Of a stretch of DNA of 64,000 bases, positions 22,602-32,421 are shown one piece after another. The notes below the pieces were generated by a model that worked only from the letters and a program-made list of their open reading frames with translations, was not told where the DNA came from and did no database searches. Numbering within the stretch: the first letter of the stretch is position 1; every line of letters begins with the position of its first letter. The translations under genes were made by a program, and so were the position numbers. Source of the DNA: an uncultured Phycisphaerales bacterium (lineage in GTDB: Bacteria; Planctomycetota; Phycisphaerae; Tepidisphaerales; Tepidisphaeraceae); assembly GCA_963755915.1 (NCBI GenBank), contig CAVWLP010000003.1, positions 1,216,001 through 1,280,000 of the forward strand, written 5' to 3'.

Positions 22602-24260
22602 TTACTGATTCGCCAATCCAACTGTCTGCGGCGGGGGATTGACCATCCGCGGCAGGGCTTGGGGGACGGCATCGACGTGTTCCAGCGTGATATTCGTCGC
22701 ATGCTGAAGCTGGAGATCGGGGATGGCGGAGGCGCGGATGGTGACGTTGCGGAGGGTGGTGCCGTCGGCGTCGATGATGGCGCCGCCCTGTTTGGCGGTA
22801 ATGTCGGCGTTTTCGATGGTGACGCTTTGGAGGGGCATCTCGGGCAGGCCGTGAATCTGGATGGCGATGTTTGCGCTGTGGCAGAGGATGTTGCGGATGT
22901 TGATGTTGCGGAAGAGCGGCGTTCCCGGGCCCAGCGGCTCGGGGGCTTCCTGGGTGACGGTGAGGGGCTTGGCGACCAGGGGCTCGGGAGGGGGCGGGGC
23001 ATCGAAATCCGGGGGCGGCGCGGGGCGAGTGGTGGGTTTTTTCACCATGTAATACATGTCGAGATTGATGCAGGCGTTGGTGATGTTCCACATTTCCAGG
23101 TTGTGGATGTCGATGTTTTCGACGATTCCGCCGCGGCCGCGGGTGGACTTGATGCGGATGGCCTCGTCGGTGCCGTTGAGGATGCAGTCGTGAACGTGGA
23201 TGTCGCGGATGTCGCCGGAGGTTTCGCTGCCGATGGCGATGCCACCGTGGCCGTGGCCGAGGATGCAGTTTTCGACGGTGACGTCTTCGGTGGGCCGGTG
23301 CAAGCGGCGGCCTTCCTCGTTGCGGCCGGACTTGAGGCAGACGACGTCGTCGCCGGCGTTGATAGTGCTGCCGTCGACGAGAACGTGGCGGCAGGAATCG
23401 ATGTCGATGCCGTCGCCGTTCTGGGCGTAGTAGGGATTGAAGATGGTGATGGCATGGACGGTCACATCGTCGGTGAGGAGGAGATGGATGTTCCAGGCGG
23501 CGGAATTTTGGAAGGTGACGCCGTCGAGGAGGACGTTATGGCAATTGGAGAGGACGACCAGAGGTGGGCGGAGCATGTCGTGAAAACGCTCAAAATCCTG
23601 GATACGCGGGGTCCGGAGGCTGGCGCGGAGGGCAGCGAGGGCGATTCCGCGGCGCCTGGCGTTGGGCACCGGGTACCAGGTGTCTGAGCGGGTGTCGACG
23701 AAGCCGCCGGAGGCGACGAGGGTGTTCCACTGGTCGGGGGTGAGCTTGGATTTTTTGACCATGCGCCAGACCTGCCCCTGACCGTCGATGGCGCCCTGGC
23801 CGGAGATTTCGACGTCGTGCAGGTTGTCGCCCATGATGGGGGAGGCGCACATATAAGTCTGCTGGCCTTCATAGTTGGTAAGGACGAGGGGGAAATCGGC
23901 GCGATTTCGGCTGAAGACGAGGATTGCGCCTGCGTCGAGGTGAAGGTCGATCTGGCTCTGGAGGCGGATGGGACGGGTGAGGAAGTTACCGGCGGGGATG
24001 ACGACGTGGCCCCCGCCGGCGGCGGAGCAGGTGACGATGGCGCTGGTGATGGCGTTGGTGTTATCGAATTTGCCGTCGCCGATAGCGCCGAAATCGGTGA
24101 TGGTGAAGGAGCGTGAGGGGATATCGGGTGCGGAGATGACCGGTTGCGCCGGCGCGGCGGCGGAGACATCAGGCGCGGGGGCGGACTGGCAGGCGCTCAG
24201 GGCCAGAAGGAAGCAGGCGAGGAGCGCGAAGCGGCAATGGCGATTCATGGGGCGATTCAT
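22602..24260 (-). CDS. GH28 polygalacturonase, predicted lipoprotein
   Basis: Lipobox LSAC. Motifs NGDGIDID, GDD, GHG, RIK. Confidence 0.92.
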   Translation of the reverse strand: MNRPMNRHCRFALLACFLLALSACQSAPAPDVSAAAPAQPVISAPDIPSRSFTITDFGAIGDGKFDNTNAITSAIVTCSAAGGGHVVIPAGNFLTRPIRLQSQIDLHLDAGAILVFSRNRADFPLVLTNYEGQQTYMCASPIMGDNLHDVEISGQGAIDGQGQVWRMVKKSKLTPDQWNTLVASGGFVDTRSDTWYPVPNARRRGIALAALRASLRTPRIQDFERFHDMLRPPLVVLSNCHNVLLDGVTFQNSAAWNIHLLLTDDVTVHAITIFNPYYAQNGDGIDIDSCRHVLVDGSTINAGDDVVCLKSGRNEEGRRLHRPTEDVTVENCILGHGHGGIAIGSETSGDIRDIHVHDCILNGTDEAIRIKSTRGRGGIVENIDIHNLEMWNITNACINLDMYYMVKKPTTRPAPPPDFDAPPPPEPLVAKPLTVTQEAPEPLGPGTPLFRNINIRNILCHSANIAIQIHGLPEMPLQSVTIENADITAKQGGAIIDADGTTLRNVTIRASAIPDLQLQHATNITLEHVDAVPQALPRMVNPPPQTVGLANQ

Positions 24261-24262
24261 GG

Positions 24263-25591
24263 TTAGTTGTTTCCTTCCGGCAAATCAGCGAGGCCCTGCA
24301 CGGTGGAGTCGATGATCAGCGGAGCTCCCTTGGTGGAGGTGATGCGGCAATCGATGAACTGGACTCCGTTGGCGTGGAAAATCTGCATTGGCTTTTTGGC
24401 GGAAACGTGGACCCGGGTGAGAATAATATCTTCCAGCGGCATTTCGGGAAGTCCCACGATCTGACCGGCGATCTGGGAACCGGTGGAGGTGAGATCGGTG
24501 ATGCGGATATGGCTGACGCTGGGTGTGCGATCGAGGGCCCGGCCGTGGTCTTGCCGGGGATCGGTGGGGATTTTGGGATAATAGCTGGTGATGAGGATGG
24601 AATTTTTGACGTTGTGCATGGTGAGGTTTTCGTAGGTGACGTTTTCGACGGGGCCGCCGCGGTTGCGCGAGGACTTGATGCGTATGCCGGCCTCGGTGCC
24701 GGTGAAGGAGCAGTTTCGGACGAGCATGTTTCGGAGTCCGCCGCTGGTTTCGCTGCCGACGGACATGCCGTGGCCGTGGAGGAAGGTGCAGTTCTGGATG
24801 AGGAAGTTTTCGCAGGAGGGGTGTGAAGGGTCGAGGATTCCGCCGGCCTTGACGGCGATGCAGTCGTCACCGGTGTCGATGGTGCAGTTTTCGATGAGAA
24901 AGTTTTGGCCGGAGGGGTCGATGCCGTCGGTGTTGGGGGAGATGGCCGGGGCTTTAATGTGGATGCCCTGGATGGTGACGTTTTTGCACTGCATGGGGAG
25001 AAGGTGAAACATCGGGGAGTTGGTGAGGGTAACGCCCTGGACGAGGATATTGGTGCAATTGGTGAGCATGATGAGGGCCGGGCGGTGCGGGAGCCATTGC
25101 CAGATCATGGGGTCGGTGCCTTTGGGGGGGACGAGCTCTTTCCAGAATCGAGCGCCCTGGCCGTCGATGGTACCGGCGCCGGTGATGGCGATATCGTGAC
25201 CGTCTTTGAGGGTGATGGCGCTATCGTATAGGCCGTCGACGAGGTTGTAGTCGTCGGGGTTGGGGGTGAGGCGGAGGGTCGCGCCGGACTCGAGGTGGAG
25301 GTTGAGATTGCTGGCCAGGACGAAGGGGGTCACAAGGTATTGGCCAGGCGGCACATCGACGGTTCCACCGCCGGCTTTTGTGCAGGCGTCGATGGCGGAC
25401 TGGAAGGCGCGGGTGTCGAAGGTTTTGCCGTCGGCCTTGGCGCCGAAATCGGAGATTTTGAAGGTCCGATCGGGAATTTTCGGAAGGGGCACGGAGAAAT
25501 CGCTGGGAAGCGTGGCCTGTGCGGGGCACTTGCACGCCATGACGGGGAGGATGATGGCGGCGATGCAGATGAATTTAAAGATGGGGTTCAT
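24263..25591 (-). CDS. GH28 polygalacturonase, secreted
   Basis: Signal peptide. Motifs NTDGIDP, GDD, GHG, RIK. ATGA overlap with the upstream regulator. Confidence 0.92.
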   Translation of the reverse strand: MNPIFKFICIAAIILPVMACKCPAQATLPSDFSVPLPKIPDRTFKISDFGAKADGKTFDTRAFQSAIDACTKAGGGTVDVPPGQYLVTPFVLASNLNLHLESGATLRLTPNPDDYNLVDGLYDSAITLKDGHDIAITGAGTIDGQGARFWKELVPPKGTDPMIWQWLPHRPALIMLTNCTNILVQGVTLTNSPMFHLLPMQCKNVTIQGIHIKAPAISPNTDGIDPSGQNFLIENCTIDTGDDCIAVKAGGILDPSHPSCENFLIQNCTFLHGHGMSVGSETSGGLRNMLVRNCSFTGTEAGIRIKSSRNRGGPVENVTYENLTMHNVKNSILITSYYPKIPTDPRQDHGRALDRTPSVSHIRITDLTSTGSQIAGQIVGLPEMPLEDIILTRVHVSAKKPMQIFHANGVQFIDCRITSTKGAPLIIDSTVQGLADLPEGNN

Positions 25592-26781
25592 TTGTTTCGG
25601 CCGCTGCGATAGCGTGCGGGCGTTTCCCCCATGGCGGCTCGAAATACGCGGGTCATGTACTGTACGCTGCTGAATCCGGTGGCGCGGGCGACCTGCTTGA
25701 TGGTCATGTCGGGGCTGAGCAGAAGCTCTTTGACCCTGGCAAGGCGGACGCGCTCGATTTCCTCGTGAATGGTGCGGCCGATGACGCGCTTCAGGCGCTG
25801 CTGGAGGGTTGCTCGGGACATGCCCATGTGAGCCAGGACATCGACGACGCGGAGCCCCTGGCAGCCGTTCTCGCGGATGTAGCGGAGGGCGCGGTTAACC
25901 TCGTCGTCGTCGCTGGCGACGGTGTCGGTGGAAAGGCGGGTGAAGATTCCGCGCGGGGCGAGGCGCTGTCCGGTTGGCGTGCTGGATTTGCCGCGCATCA
26001 TTATTTCGTCGAGCAGCGCGGCGGCGGTGTAGCCGATGTGCTCGGCGTTCACGTCCACGCTGGTGAGGGGGGGAATCGATAGATCGCACAGGTGCTCGTC
26101 GTTGTCAGCGCCGATGACGGCAACTTCATCGGGAACAATGGCACCGCAGCGGCGGCAGGCGTCGAGGACCTGGAGCCCCCGTTCGTCGTTGCAGGCCATC
26201 ACGCCCACGGGCTTGGGAAGGGAGTCGAGCCACTTGGAGAGGAGTTCCTGTTCCATCTCCCAGTTGTCGGGGGGGCAGTCGGCGGGGAAGACGTCGCAGG
26301 TTCCACCGGCAGCGCGGACGACTTCAGCAAAGGTGACGCCGCGCTCGTCGAGGCCGGGATGAACACCGGCGGGCTTTCCGCAGAAGGCGAAGTGCTTCAG
26401 GCCGCGCTCAAGAAGATGTTCCGCGGCGAGGCGGGCGATCTGATCGTGATCCGGGCCGACGTATGGGAACTGCAATTCACCGACGGTTCCGCGGAGGTTG
26501 ACGACCGGGACGCCGGAATGGAGGAGGAGATTGGCGATTTCCGGCGTGTCGATGCGGGCGAGGATTCCATCGCCATGCCAGTTGGTAAGCCAGGGGGGCG
26601 GCGGATCGCCCAGGCCATGGGGATGGAAATAGGTCGACCATCCACCGTGCTCGCGGTTGTATTTGGAGACCCCGCGGAGGAGCCCCCGGCCGTAGGAACC
26701 GCTGGTTTCGATAAGGAGAGCCACGTGGCGCATTGGGCCCCTTGGCAACTCGATGGGCCTGGAGTGGGTCTGCTGGCGCAT
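25588..26781 (-). CDS. XylR-family regulator (LacI-type sensor domain plus AraC HTH)
   Basis: VALLIETSGSYGRGLLRG, LPKPVGVMACND, GFSSVQYMTRVFR. The start may be 26733. Confidence 0.9.
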   Translation of the reverse strand: MRQQTHSRPIELPRGPMRHVALLIETSGSYGRGLLRGVSKYNREHGGWSTYFHPHGLGDPPPPWLTNWHGDGILARIDTPEIANLLLHSGVPVVNLRGTVGELQFPYVGPDHDQIARLAAEHLLERGLKHFAFCGKPAGVHPGLDERGVTFAEVVRAAGGTCDVFPADCPPDNWEMEQELLSKWLDSLPKPVGVMACNDERGLQVLDACRRCGAIVPDEVAVIGADNDEHLCDLSIPPLTSVDVNAEHIGYTAAALLDEIMMRGKSSTPTGQRLAPRGIFTRLSTDTVASDDDEVNRALRYIRENGCQGLRVVDVLAHMGMSRATLQQRLKRVIGRTIHEEIERVRLARVKELLLSPDMTIKQVARATGFSSVQYMTRVFRAAMGETPARYRSGRNK

Positions 26782-27273
26782 TGCGCTGGTTGGGGAATTG
26801 GGGGAATCTGAAGGGAATTTTCGGACCTGTTTAGCCGGAGATGCAGTCGGTTTAGGCTTTCGGGGCTTAGGAAGCGTTTTCGTTGCGTTTGGTTTCGATG
26901 AAGCGACCAAAACTCCTCCAGACTTATACAAATTTATCACGCGGGAGGGGGGTAAAAAGCGATTATGCAGAAAGTATAAAAGTTTTATAATTTTCTACCA
27001 TACGCGGCGGACACATTATGGGGTTGCGGCAAATGTTTATGTGATTGCGAAAAGTGAAAAAACGCGCAGGCAAAAGTTGTCAGGAGAGAAAGCGATTCCG
27101 TTCGAATAGGTCACGGAAAATGACCAAAGTGAAAATACGGCAGGGTAATAACAGATGAAACCTTTACACAAACTCATACATCTCGGCCGGCGGAGGTTTG
27201 AGTGTGGTAGACTCCAGCGACGAATGATTTCCCCAAATCGCGGGGACAAGTCGATGAAGATTCTGGTGTGGGC

Positions 27274-28866
27274 ATGAGCACGATGGATGCGGTTTCAGTA
27301 AAACAGGCGGGGCAAGTGTCCCAATCGACCCAAATGCAGCCGGCTCCGGGGCCGAAATGCGGGGACTGGCTTAATGTTCGCCAACTGGGGGCGGTGGGGG
27401 ATGGCGTAACCATATCCACCGGCAGCATCCAGCGGGCCATCGATCAATGCGGGAGCAGCGGCGGGGGTACGGTATTTCTTCCGGCGGGGAGATACGTTTC
27501 GGGGACGCTCTGGCTTCGCAATAACGTGACGCTGCATCTCGAATCGGGCGCGGTTCTGATGGGGGACACCGACCCCGCCGCCTATCCGATGTGGGCCGGA
27601 GCGTGGGAAGGACCGGGGGCGCAACGGCGGCACGCGCCGCTGATTGCAGGGGAAGGATTAACCAATATCGCCCTCACCGGACGGGGCACGATTGACGGGC
27701 GCGGAAAGACGTGGTGGGACGCGTTTACGCCAACCCGGGCCCGGACCTGCGGCCGTCAATGGTGCGGTTGGTCGATTGCCGGGACGTCCTCATCGACGGG
27801 CTGCATTTCATCAACTCGGCGCGATGGGCCCTGAACCCTGTGGCGTGCGACAACCTGACGATCCACCAGGTAACGGTCCGAAATCCACCCGATTCGCCGA
27901 ACACCGATGGAATCAATCCGGATTCGTGCAACAATGTTCACATCGCCAATTGCCACATTGACGTCGGCGACGACTGCATTGCGATCAAATCGGGATCGGA
28001 AGAAGACGGGCGGCGGACACTGCGGCCGTGCCAGAACATTACCATCATGAACTGCACCATGCTGCACGGGCATGGCGGGGTGGTGATCGGGAGCGAGATG
28101 TCGGGCGGCGTGCGCAATGTGGCGATTTCCAACTGCGTATTCTGCGGGACAGAACGCGGCATCCGGCTCAAAGCGCGCCGCGGGCGCGGCAGCGCGGTGG
28201 AAGATATCCGCGTGGACAACATCGTCATGGACGATGTTCTGTGCCCGATCGTGCTGAACCTGTTTTATATCTGCGGCGCCGAAACCAACAGCGTGTTGCT
28301 AGATCCACGGCCCCAGCCGGTAACGGCACGGACGCCGCAGTTTCGCAGACTGCGGTTCAGCAACATCACCGCGCGGAAAGTGAAGTACGCCGCTACGTTC
28401 ATGCTTGGTTTGCCGGAAATGTCGGTCGAGGACATCGTGCTGGATGGGGTTTCGGTCTACATGGACACGACCAATTCCCAGGCCGGTTCACCGGCGATGG
28501 CCGCCGGGGTTACTGATATGTGCCGGGCGGGGTTTGTGCTGCATAACGCCCGGAACGTGAAGCTGCGGGGAATCGATCTCTACGATCAGTTCGGCCCGGC
28601 CGTGGTGATGAAGAACTCGCAGGAAGTTTTGATCAGCGACCTGTGCGCCAGCGCCGACAAGGATCCGCTGATCGTGGTGGACGGAAAAGCCGCCACCGTG
28701 AGCGAAGAACGCGACGATGCCGGCGGCGGACTGATGGCGGGCGAAGATGGACAACGGGCGCAGGATTTTTACCCGCGGATGGCGCTATGGGCGGCGGCGC
28801 ACCTCGCGAGCGGGGACGGATGCGGCGCTGTCGAAGCTGGCGGCGGAATCGCCGGACTTGACGTAG
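27274..28866 (+). CDS. GH28 polygalacturonase without signal peptide; frameshifts near 27725 and probably 28740-28810
   Basis: GAVGDG...GGGTVFLPAG in ORF 27268. NTDGINPD, GDDCIAIK, GHGG and RLK in ORF 27711. The computed ORF runs to 28937, but the likely true end is ...DAALSKLAAESPDLT* at 28866. Confidence 0.85.
28817..28862 (+). repeat. 46-bp direct repeat, left copy
   Basis: 41/46 identical to 30762-30807. Confidence 0.85.
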
Positions 28867-28870
28867 TGGG

Positions 28871-30705
28871 TCAGCGGGTACGCGAGACGAGGATTGCGCC
28901 GGTCTTGGAAAAGTGTTCGGCCTGCGCCTTTGAATAGACTGCGCGGCGTAAATCTACCAGGTAAAGTCAGCGCCTTCCACTTTCGCGCCGCTGAGGTTTG
29001 CACCGACAAGACATGCTTTGCGAATTTCTTCGGGGGATTTGAAATCTTGTTCGTTAAAATCATCGGTGTAGAAGCCGGTGCGCGAGCCTTCGGACGGGAT
29101 GGTGCTGCCGACGAGGCCACTGCGCGTGGAACCGAGATGGAAGCTGGCGTTTGTGAAATCGGCGCCGCGGAGGTCGGCGTTTTCCCATTCGATGTCGGCG
29201 AGGCCTGTTTCCTTAAGGTTGGCGAAGGAGAATTTTCCGCCGGGGATCAGGGTTCCGGTGAGAAGCGATTTCAGGAGAATCGCACCTTCGAAATTTGCGT
29301 AGGGCAGATGTAATCCTTCGAGATTGCAGGCCAAAAGGCGTGCTCTGGGAAAAGCAGCGCCGGTCCATTGAGCATCGGTCATATCAATTCTGTACAACTG
29401 GGCATGTGAAAAGTTCGTTGACAGAAAGTTGGCTCCGGAGACTGTCGTTAGCGCAAGAATCGCGTTGGAAAAGACTGCCCATTGGCAGTTCGTCTCTTCA
29501 AGCACCGCCTGCTCGAACTTCGCCCCCGTCAGTATTGAACGGGAAAGGTTCGCGCCTTTGAGATTGGTGAGGGAGAATTTGGCTTTGACGGCGGAAGCAT
29601 CCGAGAGATCGGCGGACTGGAAGGAGGCGTTTTCAAGGGAGATTTGGTCGAGCCGGGCGTCGCGGAGATTTGCGCGATCGAAATTCGCGGAGTCGGCGAA
29701 GGCGAACATTAGGTTCGCGCCGCTTAGATCTGCTCCCGAGAGATCTGCTCCAGAAAGGACGGCTTCGCTCAAATCGAGGCCTGCCCACCGGGCATTTGGC
29801 AATTCTGCATTCGTCAGGCGCAGTCCATGTCCGGAAGACGGCCGCCAATCGGGATCGAGGCGGAGCAGTATGCTTGCGGCCATCGGAACGGCGGTATGCG
29901 AATACTGATCTTTTGCAAGTTTCTCGAGGCGCTGGACGGCCAGGCGATTGGGCCGAACGGCGGCAGCGATTTCGGGAATCAGTTTCGCAAAGGCAGTGGA
30001 ATTGAGTTGACCGGGAACCGAGCCGCGAGATAGTTCATCGGCAATCTGCCCGGCAGTGTAGATGTCCTTGACGATGTTGTGGCGAAACCATTCGTCATGT
30101 TTCGACATAACTTTCGCATCCATCTCTTTCGGGGATTCTGCGGGCAGTGTTGAAATGTGGATGCACAAGGCCTCGCGTGCGCTGAGAAGAGATGAATCGC
30201 GGGCCATCAAATCCATCACCAGCGTCAAAAGCTGCGGGTTGCCTTTCAATGCCGGTAGTGTTGGGTCGTCCTTCAGGCGTGACAATACAGAGGCGCATTG
30301 GGGGCGGTGGACCGCGACCAAATACTCAAGGCAATCATCAAGAGTCCAGGGGCAAAGCTCAAAAACGGCGAGCTTTTCGCGGTTATCTAAAGCCGCGTTG
30401 CATGCGACAATCTGCGTTGGGGACTCCCCCGACTCAACAGTCTCAGATTTGCTTGGATCGACGAGCCGAATTTGAAAGTTTGGGGGAATTACGGCCCGAA
30501 GATGTTTAAGAGCGGTGGTCTTCCCACCGCCGGGTCCTGCGGCGATTACGATACGGCCTTCCATTTTGGATTGAAGGATTGGAAGGACAAGCTGCTGGAG
30601 AGGTAGCGCGGCGCTGGAGCCGGGGCGGTGGGCGCGGGGGGTAACGGCCGCGACGCGCGGTGCGAGGGGGTCGTCGGGCGCGGGTACCGATTGGTGGCTG
30701 TCCAT
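28871..30705 (-). CDS. P-loop (NACHT-like) domain plus pentapeptide-repeat protein; frameshift near 28963
   Basis: Walker A 'IAAGPGGGKTT' and a long A(D/N)L/F pentapeptide array. Adding one T restores ...ADFYLVDLRRAVYSKAQAEHFSKTGAILVSRTR*. Confidence 0.85.
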
Positions 30706-30761
30706 GCAATCATCTTATCCTGCCTAAGTTGGGTGGAAAGAAAAATCGCGGCACGTGGAGG

Positions 30762-30807
30762 CGGATGCGGCGCTATCCAAACTGGCGGCGGAATCGTCGG
30801 ATTTGAC
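30762..30807 (+). repeat. 46-bp direct repeat, right copy (orphan gene 3' end)
   Basis: Encodes DAALSKLAAESSDLT. Matches 28817-28862. Confidence 0.85.
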
Positions 30808-30917
30808 TTGGATCCTCTGACAAGATGCGACGACATCACAATGGACCCCACGGCGGCGATCTCCAGACCTGCATGTAGTCGCTAATTGCAAACTAACTGC
30901 GTCCCCGTTTCGGTTTT

Positions 30918-32276
30918 CTATACCGCCGTCCGGCCTTCGTACTGCCCGTATTCCAGCCAGTGAATGAAACCGTCGGGGAATTCGCCTGCCGTCACGGCGG
31001 CCGCTACGTCGGGATTGTCCGAAAGATAAGTCTGCTCGTTGTAATAGTTGGAGACGACGGCGCCTTCGTACTGGCCGTATTCAATAAACCACTCATAGTC
31101 GGACGTGAATGGCTGGCCCGAGACGAACGGCGATATGTAACCGTTGTCGGCGTCACAAACCGCGGGAGAGAAGTAGAGCATCGGGCTGAGCCCTTCGTAC
31201 TGGCCATACAGGACGTAATGCTCGTAGGCGGAGGTGACATCGCCCGCCTGCACCGCGGCGGCGATGGATGGATAGAGCGAGAGGTAGTAATCGCTGTCAA
31301 AATAAAGCAGCCCACCGCGGTTCTCGTACTGGCCGTACAGGTAATACTGCATGAAACCGGAGCTGACCTTCCCCGCCTGGACCGCGGCGGCGACATCGGG
31401 ATTCTGCTGCAGATACCAGCTTTCATTCCAGAATGGCGAGGGGCTGTAGCCTTCGTACTGCCCGTACGCGACGTAGTGATCGTACCCGGTGGCAAACTCC
31501 CCGTCGGCGACGGCAGCGGCTACGTTGGGGTACTCTTCCAGGTAATAATGCTCATCAAACAGCGAATTCTGGCTGACCAGCGTTTTGGTGGCCAAAAGCA
31601 CTTTGGTGTTGTTGGCTTCCACCACGTAAATGTAGGCCGTGTGGGTTCCGGCACTGAGCATCGGGGTGGAATAGGTAAAGCCGTGGTTTGTCGAGCCGAG
31701 GACCGCCTGTAGATCCGGCCGGGACTGATCGGCGGAGAAAGTCTGCGTAGGTCCGCCGGTGATGGCGACTTCGACGTTGGCGGGGTTGGAAGGTTGCGTG
31801 GGGTCATACGCCCAGCCGCTGATCACGTTCATGTCGGCGGTGTCGATCCAGCCGGGGAGAGCAATCGCGAAGCTGGCGGAAGTCGCGCCAGTGAGGGAGC
31901 CGTCGCTTGCCGTGAGCGTGTAGTTGCCGGGAGTGTCGAGAGCGATGGTGCCGAAAGTCGCCACGCCGTTTGACGCGGTGGCGTGGCCCGACCCGGACTG
32001 CGGTCCGCTGGCAATGGTCAAAGTTACCGTGGAATTGTCCGTGGTAACGACGTCGCCGCTCGAATCTTCGACTGCTACCGTAATCGGCGGTGCAATTTCG
32101 ATTCCCGCGAAAGCGTTAGTCGGCGGCTGGATAAAGGCGAGCTTCGCGGCGGCGCTGAATAAGACCCGCGACTCAAGAAACTCCAATTTGCATGGGGAAT
32201 GAGGCGAGGGGCTCCGACGATCGTGCTGTGCACGCATGCCAACGCGGAATCGACTATTTCGCACGGGGTTCTTCAC
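30918..32276 (-). CDS. LESR-signature exoprotein with Ig-like domains and five 43-aa 'YL..NPDVAAAV...YGQYEG' repeats
   Basis: KLEFLESRVLFS, LAFIQPPT..A (Ig-like), and tandem repeats at the C-terminus. The start may be 32237. Confidence 0.8.
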   Translation of the reverse strand: MKNPVRNSRFRVGMRAQHDRRSPSPHSPCKLEFLESRVLFSAAAKLAFIQPPTNAFAGIEIAPPITVAVEDSSGDVVTTDNSTVTLTIASGPQSGSGHATASNGVATFGTIALDTPGNYTLTASDGSLTGATSASFAIALPGWIDTADMNVISGWAYDPTQPSNPANVEVAITGGPTQTFSADQSRPDLQAVLGSTNHGFTYSTPMLSAGTHTAYIYVVEANNTKVLLATKTLVSQNSLFDEHYYLEEYPNVAAAVADGEFATGYDHYVAYGQYEGYSPSPFWNESWYLQQNPDVAAAVQAGKVSSGFMQYYLYGQYENRGGLLYFDSDYYLSLYPSIAAAVQAGDVTSAYEHYVLYGQYEGLSPMLYFSPAVCDADNGYISPFVSGQPFTSDYEWFIEYGQYEGAVVSNYYNEQTYLSDNPDVAAAVTAGEFPDGFIHWLEYGQYEGRTAV

Positions 32277-32421
32277 AAATTTGCTTTATCCGTGCCGGTC
32301 CCCGTTTCGGATCCTCCAGCTTATTGCGAGTGTCAAGTTTTGTATCGATCCGGCCAATTCACCTTAAGTTGAGGTCCTGGCGCAAAAAGTGACGGGGCAA
32401 AACCGCCGATAATACTCGCGA

